Virus record (IMG/VR): IMGVR_UViG_3300024269_000002
Length of the DNA: 64,000 nt
Strand: one strand, 5' to 3'
Source of the DNA: a virus
Taxonomy: Duplodnaviria; Heunggongvirae; Uroviricota; Caudoviricetes
Shown piece after piece: positions 28,670 to 38,458 of the stretch. Position numbers and translations under genes: made by a program. Within the stretch, counting starts at the first letter, position 1. Every line of letters begins with the position of its first letter. Under the pieces are notes generated by a model, which saw only the letters and a list, made by a program, of their open reading frames with translations, made no database searches and was not told the DNA's origin.

Positions 28670-29056
28670 ATGGCAACAACTATTAGAGTAAAAAGAAAAA
28701 AATCAACAGGAAATAACGGTGTTGTATTAAAGGCAGGAGAACCATATTACAATCTGTTTGATAGGCAACTGTATGTAGGTGATGGATCAACAGATTTTCC
28801 GGAACGCTCTGTCACACATATTCATGAATATCATCGCTTTGACGACGACACTGTGGCTTTTAGTATCGGACCTAACGGCGAAGATGATAGAATTCATAAT
28901 TTCTATGTGAAAAAGATAAACAATGTTGATGTTGCAAAGGGAATCATTTTGCATGATATGTACTACGGCGATGAAGCAAAGCGAGCTCAATTAAGCGAGA
29001 AATTCCCGGACGGTAAGATTCCTGCGGGAACAGTCTTCTTCCAAGAAGCAGAATAA
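28670..29056 (+). CDS. Small protein with tail-fibre N-terminal-like (L..GE...LYVGDG) motif
   Basis: IRVKR...LKAGEPYY....LYVGDG. Confidence 0.55.
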   Translation: MATTIRVKRKKSTGNNGVVLKAGEPYYNLFDRQLYVGDGSTDFPERSVTHIHEYHRFDDDTVAFSIGPNGEDDRIHNFYVKKINNVDVAKGIILHDMYYGDEAKRAQLSEKFPDGKIPAGTVFFQEAE

Positions 29057-29074
29057 CTATGATTGGACGTAAAC

Positions 29075-29683
29075 ATGAATAACATTAGATTAAAAGGTAT
29101 CATTACAAATATTGAGCCTTCTCACGTTATTCAGGGAATTGAATTTAACAAAGCAAACCTTATTGTAAAACGAGATGATGGAAAAGAGGATTCACTGAAT
29201 ATCAGATTCAAGAAATTCTCCAATCCGTATGAAGATAATCAGGAAATTACATTATGCGGTAATGTTAGATCTTATTCCTCAAAACTTGAGGACGGAAAAA
29301 ATCGTGTTGAACTGTATGTATTTACATATTTTGATCAGCCCGAACTCAATGAGAATGATCAAGAAGAAACAAACAGATTAGACGTTGATGGTCGTATCTG
29401 TAAGATCGATACAATCAAACATACCAGAAGTGGCAAGAAAAATATTCATTTGATCTTGGCTAACAACTTGATTGTTAGTGAAGGAACAAAGAAGCTCAAT
29501 TCTTACATTCCTTGTATTGCTTGGGGACCTGTAGCTGAAAGACTAGAGAGTCTTCCCGTTAACACACAGTTAAAGATTCGTGGCGAACTGCATTCAAGAG
29601 AGTACAAGAAGAATTTACCTGATGGCTCTTTTGAGTTCAGAGTTGCACACGAATGTGTAATCAATGATTTTGAGATTCTATGA
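29075..29683 (+). CDS. ssb: Tandem OB-fold single-stranded DNA-binding protein
   Basis: NNIRLKG...GNVRSY; second OB SYIPCIAWG...GELHSREY.K. Confidence 0.78.
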   Translation: MNNIRLKGIITNIEPSHVIQGIEFNKANLIVKRDDGKEDSLNIRFKKFSNPYEDNQEITLCGNVRSYSSKLEDGKNRVELYVFTYFDQPELNENDQEETNRLDVDGRICKIDTIKHTRSGKKNIHLILANNLIVSEGTKKLNSYIPCIAWGPVAERLESLPVNTQLKIRGELHSREYKKNLPDGSFEFRVAHECVINDFEIL

Positions 29684-30054
29684 CATTTGAATACTTACAA
29701 AGAATAATTGTTGATGCACAACTTGATGTTGAAAATATTGGAGAATGTGTCATTCTCGGGAGAAATGATCTTGGTGAAGAGTTCTATCTGATTATTCGTA
29801 CCGATATGGGCTGGACAGAGCAGATAAACTTTGGTCCAGTTACTCCTGAGGTAGACATTCTTCCATTCAACATTAACTTAACATATGCTAGATTTGAATT
29901 CAATCAAACAAAGCTTATGAGAGCGATTGATAAGTTTCTGAATGATCCTAAGAAGATGATCACACAAGCAGATGTGGTTGAGTTAGAATCAATTCAGGAG
30001 CCAATTCAGTTTTCTTTGAATAAGATTTTTCCCGATACGGGAGGACAAGAGTGA
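29680..30054 (+). CDS. Hypothetical protein
   Basis: ATGA-coupled ORF. Confidence 0.6.
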   Translation: MTFEYLQRIIVDAQLDVENIGECVILGRNDLGEEFYLIIRTDMGWTEQINFGPVTPEVDILPFNINLTYARFEFNQTKLMRAIDKFLNDPKKMITQADVVELESIQEPIQFSLNKIFPDTGGQE

Positions 30055-30260
30055 AAACAAAGCAATGGATTCGTGATTATGCCGGAAGAGTACTAGGTAG
30101 TGTAGAAACCGAAAGTTCAGGAAACAAAATAATTCGTGACCAATACGGTAGAGTACTTGGTAAATATGATAAGAGAGCGGATGTTACACGAGACCTCTAC
30201 GGCCGAGTTGTTGCTAAGGGTGATCAGAGTGCAATGTTGATAACAAGGCCTAGGCGATAG
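30051..30260 (+). CDS. Small beta-hairpin repeat protein
   Basis: Three RDxxGRV repeats; GGAGG RBS. Confidence 0.65.
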   Translation: MKTKQWIRDYAGRVLGSVETESSGNKIIRDQYGRVLGKYDKRADVTRDLYGRVVAKGDQSAMLITRPRR

Positions 30261-30289
30261 TTGATTATATCATGGTCGGTTATTACAAT
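30259..30289 (+). promoter_or_regulatory. Phage promoter P5
   Basis: TTGATT 30261-30266, N17, TACAAT 30284-30289. Confidence 0.75.
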
Positions 30290-30319
30290 ATTGATGATAT
30301 AATTACAAGGAGATAAATA

Positions 30320-30526
30320 ATGATTGTTTTATATTCTAATCATTGTCCCAGATGCAATATTCTGTTGACAAAGTTAACATCCAGTAACATTGAGTTTACT
30401 GTTGAAGACAACATTGATGTACTAACAGAAAAAGGATTTGACTTTATGCCTGTTCTGGAAGTCGATGGTAAGTGTCTCAATTTCATTGAAGCAAATGCTT
30501 ACATCAATTCATTGCGGAAGGAATGA
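30320..30526 (+). CDS. nrdH: NrdH-like glutaredoxin
   Basis: CPRC, MPVLEVDG. Confidence 0.85.
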   Translation: MIVLYSNHCPRCNILLTKLTSSNIEFTVEDNIDVLTEKGFDFMPVLEVDGKCLNFIEANAYINSLRKE

Positions 30527-30529
30527 TAT

Positions 30530-32521
30530 ATGTACAACATCGGATTGAAGCTTAACAAGGACTTTGTAAACTGCTTAGAGTCCCTAGTAACAAAGTACGG
30601 TGAGGATTTTGAATTCCTCAACGGTTTTCATAACTCACAGTTAAACTTTTCTGATTTCATTGATTCTTTTGTTCAGAAAAATTTGGCAGAAGTCACAATT
30701 GACAACAATGCAAGCTCCTCAAACAAAGATATTGTATCTCTGCGCTTGGAGAAGGGCAAGCCCTCTGACAAGCTGATTGCGTTCAGCAAGATTTTCCAAG
30801 AGATGAAAAAGCGTTGGGGTCTCAAGACTGCTCAAGAATGGTTGGAGACTGAATGGGTTGGTGGATTCTATCTACATGATGCTCCTTCAACAACTTACAC
30901 TCCATACTGCTATGCATATGATCTTGGCAGACTTGCTCGGGAAGGATTGTTCTTCCTCAATAACTATAACAATAAACCTGCTGCTCACTTAACAACATTC
31001 ACTGATGATGTTATCGAATACATCTCATTCATGTGCAACAGATCAAGTGGTGCAGTCGGTATTCCAAATATTCTGGTATGGACAATGTACTTCTGGAAGA
31101 AAGATGTTGACGCTGGATATTACATCAAGAATCCTGAGTACTATCTTCGTCAAACATATCAGAAGTTAATCTATAGATTGAATCAGCCCTTTATGCGTAC
31201 CGATCAGAGCGCATTTGTTAATGTTTCAATCTTTGATAAGTATTACTATGAAGCTCTGTTCGGTGGATTAGTTTTCCCTGATGGTAGTTTCGCGATTGAC
31301 TACATCGATACTTTTATTGAGCATGAAAAAATCTTCATGGAAGTTGTCTCTCAAATTCGTGAAGAAAACATGTTTACATTCCCTGTCTTAACATATTCAC
31401 TGTTGAAACGTAAGGACTTGACTCCTGAAGATATCGACCGTATGCTGAGAACAAAGGAATTTGATCTGTTTGCTGATAACGAGTTCGCTCGTTGGTGTTC
31501 TGATCATAACTGCAAGTGGAACGACAGTAATTTCTTCATGAGTGATGATGTTACTACTCTCAGTAACTGTTGTAGATTGCTCTCTGATACTTCTAAGTTG
31601 AAGGGCTTCATTAACAGTATTGGTGGTACTGCTCTATCTATCGGTAGTATCAAGGTTAACACCATCAACTTGATGCACATTGTGTATGAGCTTGAAGATG
31701 AGCTGGATGAAAAAGAATACTTGAAGATTCTTAGAAAGCGTACCAATCTTTGCTGCAAGACTTTGGATCGTGTTCGTCATATCATTTCTCGAAACATTGA
31801 GAAGGGTCTGTTACCCAACTATTGTGATGGCGGTATTGAGCTCGATAAACAGTATTGTACTATCGGTATTCTCGGTTTGTACGAAGTTATGGTCAAGTTC
31901 GGTTACATTGAAGAGGATGACTTCGGCAACAAGTTCTATACAGATGCAGGTATTGCATTTGCCGATAAGATCTTCAATGTTCTGAATTCCGTTAAAGATA
32001 AGTTCACTGAGGATTACTCATTCAACATTGAATCTGTTCCTGCAGAAAGAGCTGCTGTTATTCTTTGTGGTAAGGATAGCACTCTCTACAATGTAAATGA
32101 TTTTGAGATCTATTCAAATCAATGGATTCCTCTTACTGCTCAGTGTACCATCAATGAGAAAGTTCGTACTGCAGCTATTCTGGACAACAAGTGTTCTGGC
32201 GGAGCTATTGCACACATTAACATTGAGAGCAACTTTGCAACAACTGATGAAGCTTGGAACATGTTAAATTACATCGCTACACAGGATGTCATCTACTTCT
32301 GCTTCAATACAAGAATCAATGTCTGTGAAGATAGACATGCATTTGTTGGAACTGATATTTGTCCTACCTGTGGTAAGCCTGTTTATGACACTTATCAGCG
32401 TGTAGTTGGATTCTTGACTCCTTCCAAAGCATACTCTAAGGAACGAGTTAAAGAATTCAACGCCCGTCAGTGGTATGACACAGCTGTAATTAGAGGTCAA
32501 GCATCTTTGATTAGTGATTGA
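30530..32521 (+). CDS. nrdD: Class III anaerobic ribonucleotide reductase
   Basis: TFPV, SNCCRL, PAE, SGG, CPTCG, RVVGFL glycyl-radical motif; no ATP cone. Confidence 0.93.
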   Translation: MYNIGLKLNKDFVNCLESLVTKYGEDFEFLNGFHNSQLNFSDFIDSFVQKNLAEVTIDNNASSSNKDIVSLRLEKGKPSDKLIAFSKIFQEMKKRWGLKTAQEWLETEWVGGFYLHDAPSTTYTPYCYAYDLGRLAREGLFFLNNYNNKPAAHLTTFTDDVIEYISFMCNRSSGAVGIPNILVWTMYFWKKDVDAGYYIKNPEYYLRQTYQKLIYRLNQPFMRTDQSAFVNVSIFDKYYYEALFGGLVFPDGSFAIDYIDTFIEHEKIFMEVVSQIREENMFTFPVLTYSLLKRKDLTPEDIDRMLRTKEFDLFADNEFARWCSDHNCKWNDSNFFMSDDVTTLSNCCRLLSDTSKLKGFINSIGGTALSIGSIKVNTINLMHIVYELEDELDEKEYLKILRKRTNLCCKTLDRVRHIISRNIEKGLLPNYCDGGIELDKQYCTIGILGLYEVMVKFGYIEEDDFGNKFYTDAGIAFADKIFNVLNSVKDKFTEDYSFNIESVPAERAAVILCGKDSTLYNVNDFEIYSNQWIPLTAQCTINEKVRTAAILDNKCSGGAIAHINIESNFATTDEAWNMLNYIATQDVIYFCFNTRINVCEDRHAFVGTDICPTCGKPVYDTYQRVVGFLTPSKAYSKERVKEFNARQWYDTAVIRGQASLISD

Positions 32522-32522
32522 T

Positions 32523-32999
32523 ATGATTGTTAAGACGATTAGAGATGAAGATTTCACCAACTACAAAGAAGCATGTATGCTCATTGGATTTCCAAGATGC
32601 TCATTCAAGTGTGAGAAGGAGTGCGGGAAGAAGATGTGCCAGAATAGTTCAATGGCTCTGAGCAAAGACATTGAAATTGATACAGAAACTATCGTTAAGA
32701 GATATCTGAGCAATCCGATTACAACTTCAGTTGTTTTCGGAGGCTTAGAGCCGATTGACTCATGGGTTGATATGGTTGCTCTGATTGGTGAGTTCAGGAA
32801 ATATACATCTGATACCATTGTTATCTACACAGGGTATAACAAGGATGAGATACTTCCACAAGTAAACTGGCTGAAAGATAACAGTACAAACATTATTATC
32901 AAGTTTGGAAGATTTATTCCGGATCAACAGAAACATTATGATGATGTACTTGGAATATCTCTTGCAAGCAATAATCAATATGCTGAGAGGATCTGTTGA
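32523..32999 (+). CDS. nrdG: NrdG radical-SAM activase
   Basis: CSFKC......CQN, FGGLEP, IYTGY, KFGRF, SNNQ. Confidence 0.85.
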   Translation: MIVKTIRDEDFTNYKEACMLIGFPRCSFKCEKECGKKMCQNSSMALSKDIEIDTETIVKRYLSNPITTSVVFGGLEPIDSWVDMVALIGEFRKYTSDTIVIYTGYNKDEILPQVNWLKDNSTNIIIKFGRFIPDQQKHYDDVLGISLASNNQYAERIC

Positions 33000-33184
33000 T
33001 GAAGATTACAGTTAGCTCTGATGCAGAGTTAGTTAAAACCATTCGTGAAAAGTTGAAGGCAAACGATGGTTATTGTCCTTGTAGATTAACTAAGACTCCT
33101 GAAACGAAGTGTATGTGTAAAGAATTCTTAGAACAGGATACGCCTGGTGAATGCCATTGTGGCTTATACGTGAAGGTTGAGTAA
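32999..33184 (+). CDS. Ferredoxin-thioredoxin reductase catalytic-chain-like protein
   Basis: GYCPCR, CMC, CHCGLY. Confidence 0.85.
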   Translation: MKITVSSDAELVKTIREKLKANDGYCPCRLTKTPETKCMCKEFLEQDTPGECHCGLYVKVE

Positions 33185-33189
33185 ATAGT

Positions 33190-33219
33190 AAGAGCGGTGA
33201 GTACTCACCGCTCTTTTTT
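33190..33219 (+). terminator. Terminator formed by a perfect 26-bp palindrome
   Basis: AAGAGCGGTGAGTACTCACCGCTCTT then T-run. Confidence 0.85.
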
Positions 33220-33221
33220 AT

Positions 33222-33252
33222 AGTTGATTGTTCAAGAAAATTCTTTTATAAT
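33222..33252 (+). promoter_or_regulatory. Phage promoter P6
   Basis: TTGATT 33224-33229, N17, TATAAT 33247-33252. Confidence 0.85.
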
Positions 33253-33284
33253 TAGTACATATAACAAATAATACGGAGGATTCT

Positions 33285-35267
33285 ATGACTAACGCACAAG
33301 ATGTTATAACAATGAAGCGGTTAGTTACTTTGATGAATAAGTATCGAGATGCATATTACAATGACAATGAAAGTCTTGTTAGCGATCTCGAATACGACAA
33401 TATGATGGACAACTTGAAAGCGCTAGAGGAGAGCACAGGCATTGTTCTTGCAAACTCTCCTACAAGAACTGTTGGCTATGAAGTTAAGTCCTCATTGACA
33501 AAGGTAACTCACGATCATCCTATGTTATCTCTTGATAAAACAAAAGACATCTCAGCGATTGTTAAGTTCTTACAAAACAAAGAAACTATTGTTATGGCTA
33601 AGATGGATGGATTAACATGCAGTATCAAGTATGTTGATGGAAAGCTTGTCAGTGCAGAGACACGTGGAGATGGTATTGAGGGCGAAGACATCACACATAA
33701 CATGAGAGCAGTTAATGGCGTTCCAGAAACGATTAACTTACAGGAAACTGTGGTTATTGACGGCGAACTGATTATTGATGATATAACGTTTGAAAAAGTT
33801 CGCGAAAAATTTGTTGATAACAAAGGTCGGAAATACAAAAACTCAAGAAATCTTGCTGCTGGATCTGTAAGACTACTGGACAGTGCAGAATGTTCGAAGA
33901 GAGGAGTTCAATTTGTTGCTTGGAAACCTATTCAGGGACTTAACAACAAGACTCTAAGCGAAGGATTGTTAAAACTTGAGCAGCTTGGATTCACAATTGT
34001 TCCTCATGTTTGTTTAACGGAGATCACAAAAGAAAGTTGTCAACAGGCTGTAGATTTCGTTAAACAACTGGTAGATGTTTGCTCCTATCCGATTGATGGT
34101 TGTGTATTCGGATTTGATGATATATCATTTGCGGAATCTCAAGGAATGACTTCACACCATCTCAAAAGTCAGATTGCATTCAAGTTCTACGATGAACTGT
34201 ATGATACTGTGGTTCGTGACATTGATTGGACTATGGGCAAGACTGGTGTACTTACTCCTACAGCAATCTTTGATACTGTTGAAATTGATGGTACAGACGT
34301 AAGTAGGGCTAGTCTACATAATCTAACTATCATGTCTCAGCTGAATGTTCGTAAAAATTGTACTGCCAGAGTTTTCAAAGCAAACATGATCATTCCTCAG
34401 ATTGATTCAACTGATGACGATGGTGTTGAAGATTTCAAAATTCCCGATCGTTGTCCTATCTGTGGTGGCCCCACTGTCAGAGTCAAAGATAATGATTCTG
34501 AAATGTTGAAATGTGACAACAGTAATTGTAGTGGTAAGCTGCTCGGAAAGTTGTGCACGTTTGTTTCGAAGCAAGGAATGGATATTGATGGTCTTGGTGA
34601 ACAGACTCTTGCTCAATTCATTGAGTTGGGATACCTCAGAGAATTTGCTGATATCTACATGTTAAAGAATATGAGAGATCGGTTGATGACGCTTCCCGGC
34701 TTCGGCAAGTCTTCAGTTGAAAAGATGATCAACTCTATTGAGAAATCTCGAAATGTCACGCTTGAAAGGCTGCTTGCTTCAGTAAGTATTGATGGAGTTG
34801 GTTTAGACACTGCCAAGAAAATCTCAAAGTGTGTTGGTGGTGACTTATCATTGTTTATGAGTTCTATCAACAATAGATTTGACTTCAGTTCTTTGAATGG
34901 TTTTGGTGAAAGATCAAATGAACTCATCTACAAGTGGTTTGATAACAACATGGAGCAATTCCTCAATGTTTGTTTGAATATCACAATCAAGCAAGAAGCT
35001 AAGCCGGTTGTAACTGATACCTCCAGTCCTATTAACGGAAGAACTTTCTGTATTACCGGAACATTCGAGTATCCTCGTAAAGATATTCAGAGAGAGATTG
35101 AATCTTGTGGTGGTATCTTTGTAAATAGTGTTACAAAGAAAACAGATGTTCTGTTTGTTGGTGACAATGCAGGTAGTAAGTTAAAGAAGGCTGAAGAGCT
35201 CGGCATTCTTGTTATTCCTGAAGAAGAATTCAGATGGTGGTTACGGGAAGGAACTTTTGATGCGTAA
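33285..35267 (+). CDS. ligA: NAD-dependent DNA ligase
   Basis: YY....VSDLEYD, HPMLSL, KMDG, TRGDG, RNLAAG, CPICG, BRCT domain. Confidence 0.95.
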   Translation: MTNAQDVITMKRLVTLMNKYRDAYYNDNESLVSDLEYDNMMDNLKALEESTGIVLANSPTRTVGYEVKSSLTKVTHDHPMLSLDKTKDISAIVKFLQNKETIVMAKMDGLTCSIKYVDGKLVSAETRGDGIEGEDITHNMRAVNGVPETINLQETVVIDGELIIDDITFEKVREKFVDNKGRKYKNSRNLAAGSVRLLDSAECSKRGVQFVAWKPIQGLNNKTLSEGLLKLEQLGFTIVPHVCLTEITKESCQQAVDFVKQLVDVCSYPIDGCVFGFDDISFAESQGMTSHHLKSQIAFKFYDELYDTVVRDIDWTMGKTGVLTPTAIFDTVEIDGTDVSRASLHNLTIMSQLNVRKNCTARVFKANMIIPQIDSTDDDGVEDFKIPDRCPICGGPTVRVKDNDSEMLKCDNSNCSGKLLGKLCTFVSKQGMDIDGLGEQTLAQFIELGYLREFADIYMLKNMRDRLMTLPGFGKSSVEKMINSIEKSRNVTLERLLASVSIDGVGLDTAKKISKCVGGDLSLFMSSINNRFDFSSLNGFGERSNELIYKWFDNNMEQFLNVCLNITIKQEAKPVVTDTSSPINGRTFCITGTFEYPRKDIQREIESCGGIFVNSVTKKTDVLFVGDNAGSKLKKAEELGILVIPEEEFRWWLREGTFDA

Positions 35268-36882
35268 GTCGAATTGGAATGTAAAAGTAAACGGACAGGG
35301 TACTCCTGTTAATCAGATAATGAATCAGTTGTGGATGAGCAGAGGAATTGAAAATCCTGCGACATTCATGCATCCAAGAGGGTATATTCATCCTTCAACG
35401 GCTTTCAAGAATATCATTCCTGCAGCTGAATTGTTTCAGGAACATATCAAGAATCATAGTAAGTTCTTGATCTATGCGGATGTAGATGTTGATGGGTGTT
35501 CTGCCGCTGCAATCTTGTGTCACTATCTGTGTAACTTTGATGTTGAATTTGATGTTTACATCAATAAAAAGAAAGAACATGGAGTGAAGGATGACTTCTT
35601 CGAGCGTCCGTATTCAGGTGAAAGTATTGTTATTGTTGTTGATTCTATCAATGATACAATGCGAGAATATGATATTATTATGAATGCAGGAATTGACTTG
35701 ATTGTTCTTGATCATCATATTCCGTCAGAAGAAATTCTTGCGAACCAAGAAAAGATTCATCTTGTAAGTTCTGCAAATGAATATCCAAATCCGCATCTTA
35801 GTGGTAGTGGTGTGACTTGGAAGTTTGTTAACTACATAGATGAGTTGATGGGGACTAATCATGCTGCATCGTTGATGGATCTAGCGGCGGCTGGTATCAT
35901 TGCTGATGTTTGTAGTGTTGGTCCTGAATCAATGGAAAACCGTGAAATCTGTGATCAAGGAATGGCATACGTCAACAATGTTGGTATGAGAGCTGTGCTC
36001 GGAACTGATGAGATGAATTCGGAATCCATTTCCTTCTCTGTAGCTCCTCTTGTAAACGCTGCAAACAGAATGAACGAAAATAGATTGGCACTGGATCTGT
36101 TTCTTGTTGACAACACCTCTGATGCAAAGAAGATTGTCAAGGATTTAACTAAACTCAAGGAAAAGCAGAAGGTTCTTGTTGCAGAACTATTCGAGGGATT
36201 TGAAGAACAAGCACAGTCTCAACTTGATAGAAAGTGCATGTACTTCATTGTCGATGAAACATGTGGAACGCTTGGTGGATTATTAGCAACAAAAGCTTCT
36301 GATAAATGGAATAGACCTGTTATTGTTGTTAGAGAAACTGACAGCGGATACGCAGGCTCTATGAGAGCAACAGGTGTTGATAATTTCAGTAAGATTGTGA
36401 ATGACTCCGGCCTGGGTGAGTGTGCAGGACACGAAAACTCAGCAGGGATTGTTATTCCGTTTGAGAACTTTGAAGCTTTTCAAAACCATATTGAAAATGC
36501 TCTGGTGGATGTATCTGTGACAATGGATCAAGTTATTGATCTTTATATTGAGAGGATGCAGATTACACCATTCCTGATCGGAAAAATCCGTGAATTCAAT
36601 CGTATTGCAGGAGCAGGATTCCCTTCACTGAAAGTCCTGATTGAAAATGTTGGTAAGTATACTGTTAAGCCTATGTCTCAGGGTAAACACTTGTGCATTG
36701 AAGTCCCTGATATGAAATTCTTGTACTGGAATTTTAACAAGTGGGACGACGTTGCTGAGGAAGGAATCCTTTCTGCTGTAGGTTCTCTGGATGAATCATT
36801 CTTTGCGGGACGACGTACAACTCAGATGATTATGCAGGACTACATTTTTGAAGCACTTCCTACAAAAGCATCTCTGTGGTAA
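35260..36882 (+). CDS. recJ: RecJ-like DHH exonuclease
   Basis: DVDVDG, LDHH, LSGSGV, APLVNAANR, GSMR, AGHENSAG. Confidence 0.9.
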   Translation: MRKSNWNVKVNGQGTPVNQIMNQLWMSRGIENPATFMHPRGYIHPSTAFKNIIPAAELFQEHIKNHSKFLIYADVDVDGCSAAAILCHYLCNFDVEFDVYINKKKEHGVKDDFFERPYSGESIVIVVDSINDTMREYDIIMNAGIDLIVLDHHIPSEEILANQEKIHLVSSANEYPNPHLSGSGVTWKFVNYIDELMGTNHAASLMDLAAAGIIADVCSVGPESMENREICDQGMAYVNNVGMRAVLGTDEMNSESISFSVAPLVNAANRMNENRLALDLFLVDNTSDAKKIVKDLTKLKEKQKVLVAELFEGFEEQAQSQLDRKCMYFIVDETCGTLGGLLATKASDKWNRPVIVVRETDSGYAGSMRATGVDNFSKIVNDSGLGECAGHENSAGIVIPFENFEAFQNHIENALVDVSVTMDQVIDLYIERMQITPFLIGKIREFNRIAGAGFPSLKVLIENVGKYTVKPMSQGKHLCIEVPDMKFLYWNFNKWDDVAEEGILSAVGSLDESFFAGRRTTQMIMQDYIFEALPTKASLW

Positions 36883-36912
36883 GTTGATTATCTTAACTGT
36901 TTCTATTATAAT
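36882..36912 (+). promoter_or_regulatory. Phage promoter P7 with AACTGTT box
   Basis: TTGATT 36884-36889, TATAAT 36907-36912, AACTGTT 36895-36901. Confidence 0.85.
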
Positions 36913-36942
36913 TAAGTAAATAGATAACGATGGAGGCATAAT

Positions 36943-37494
36943 ATGAGAACATATCTTGGATTTAAGCGTGTAGTTACAGATCAGAAGACAGGACTGCAAA
37001 CTTCAGAAACGAAATTTGTTCCAGTAAATATTCCAGAGCTCAGTGCTGAAGATAACTGGAAACTGATTGGCTCCTCTGATATGATTGAAGTTCTTCCGAT
37101 GTTGGAGGATATTAAGATTTCCAGCGAACCACTTGTTGGAGAACAGTTGAGCATTGCAGGTGTGGATGTCACTCCTCCCGAAAAGCATGAGCTGCCTACT
37201 GGATCTGTTTTTGAGTCTCCTGTGTCAGGAACTGCGAAGCTTATTCGAGCAAACAATGATGTTTTCATTGCATACAGACGTGGTAAAAAGGGACTGAATG
37301 AAACTTCTCCGAACAGCGTCTGCATCAGTGAAACTACAAAAGCTCAGTTCTTTGCGGACTGTCGAAGAGCTTTCGGACGCTCCTGTGACCAGTACAGATT
37401 CTCTAGCGGTTGCAAGGAGTTTGATTATTGGAACAAGTTCATGGACGAAGAATACGCTCGACAGCTGAAAGAGTTTAATAGAGTCCATGCATAA
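36943..37494 (+). CDS. Hypothetical protein
   Basis: GGAGG RBS; own promoter. Confidence 0.65.
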   Translation: MRTYLGFKRVVTDQKTGLQTSETKFVPVNIPELSAEDNWKLIGSSDMIEVLPMLEDIKISSEPLVGEQLSIAGVDVTPPEKHELPTGSVFESPVSGTAKLIRANNDVFIAYRRGKKGLNETSPNSVCISETTKAQFFADCRRAFGRSCDQYRFSSGCKEFDYWNKFMDEEYARQLKEFNRVHA

Positions 37495-37618
37495 TACCGA
37501 AATTCTTCCTTAACTTAGGAAGGAAATACATACCTTTCCATAGTAAACTACATTCAGATATATAAGTTATATAGTAAAAAACAACACTGTTATAACTTAA
37601 AGCACAAGGATTTACATA

Positions 37619-38455
37619 GTGAGTATCAAATATTTTGTTTCAGGAGATATCCACTCCTACTTTGAAAACTGGATGCTATATCTTGAGCATGCAGGATTTG
37701 AACTAGATAATCCTGAACACAAGATCATCATCTGTGGTGACTTGTTTGACAGAGGTGACGAAACTCTAGATTGTTTTGAATTTGTTAAGCGGTTACACGC
37801 AGAAAATCGACTTGTGTATGTTCGAGGAAATCATGAAGATCTTCTGTTTGATTGTGTGACTGACATCAAGCGTAGGTTTGATATTGGTACACACCACATT
37901 CGGAATGGAACTGTAAAAACAGTTGCACAATTAGCCGATACAAATGAGTACGACATATTATGTAACTGTTATGATAAAGATGTGTTTGAAAGCAGAACTC
38001 AAGAAGTTCTCAACTTCATTGAACAGAATGCGGTTGATTATTTTGAACTTGGTGACTATGTTTTTGTTCACGGATGGGTACCATGTGACTCAAAAGATAC
38101 AAACAAGTATCATGCAAGAAAGAACGTTACTCTTGCAGATAAAAGTACTTGGTCTGATAAGTGGGACAATGCTCGCTGGTTGAACGGTATGGACTGTTGG
38201 AATCAAGGGGCTATTCCTGAAGGTAAAACAGTTGTTTGTGGACACTGGCATACAAGTTGGGGTCATCACAAGTTCCACGGACATAGAGATGAATTTCCAT
38301 CTCTCGGATACAAGGACGCTAGAAAATCATTCAAACCTTTCGTTGAACCCGGAATCATTGCTCTTGACGGTTGTACTGCATATACAGGTTTGGTTAATGT
38401 TGTAGTATTTACAGTCCGTGGTGATGGGTCCGTTGAAGTTTCAAATCTGGAGTGA
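37619..38455 (+). CDS. Metallophosphoesterase (Ser/Thr phosphatase-like)
   Basis: GDIH, GDLFDRG, RGNHE, FVHG, VCGHW, LDG. Confidence 0.88.
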   Translation: MSIKYFVSGDIHSYFENWMLYLEHAGFELDNPEHKIIICGDLFDRGDETLDCFEFVKRLHAENRLVYVRGNHEDLLFDCVTDIKRRFDIGTHHIRNGTVKTVAQLADTNEYDILCNCYDKDVFESRTQEVLNFIEQNAVDYFELGDYVFVHGWVPCDSKDTNKYHARKNVTLADKSTWSDKWDNARWLNGMDCWNQGAIPEGKTVVCGHWHTSWGHHKFHGHRDEFPSLGYKDARKSFKPFVEPGIIALDGCTAYTGLVNVVVFTVRGDGSVEVSNLE

Positions 38456-38458
38456 TTT

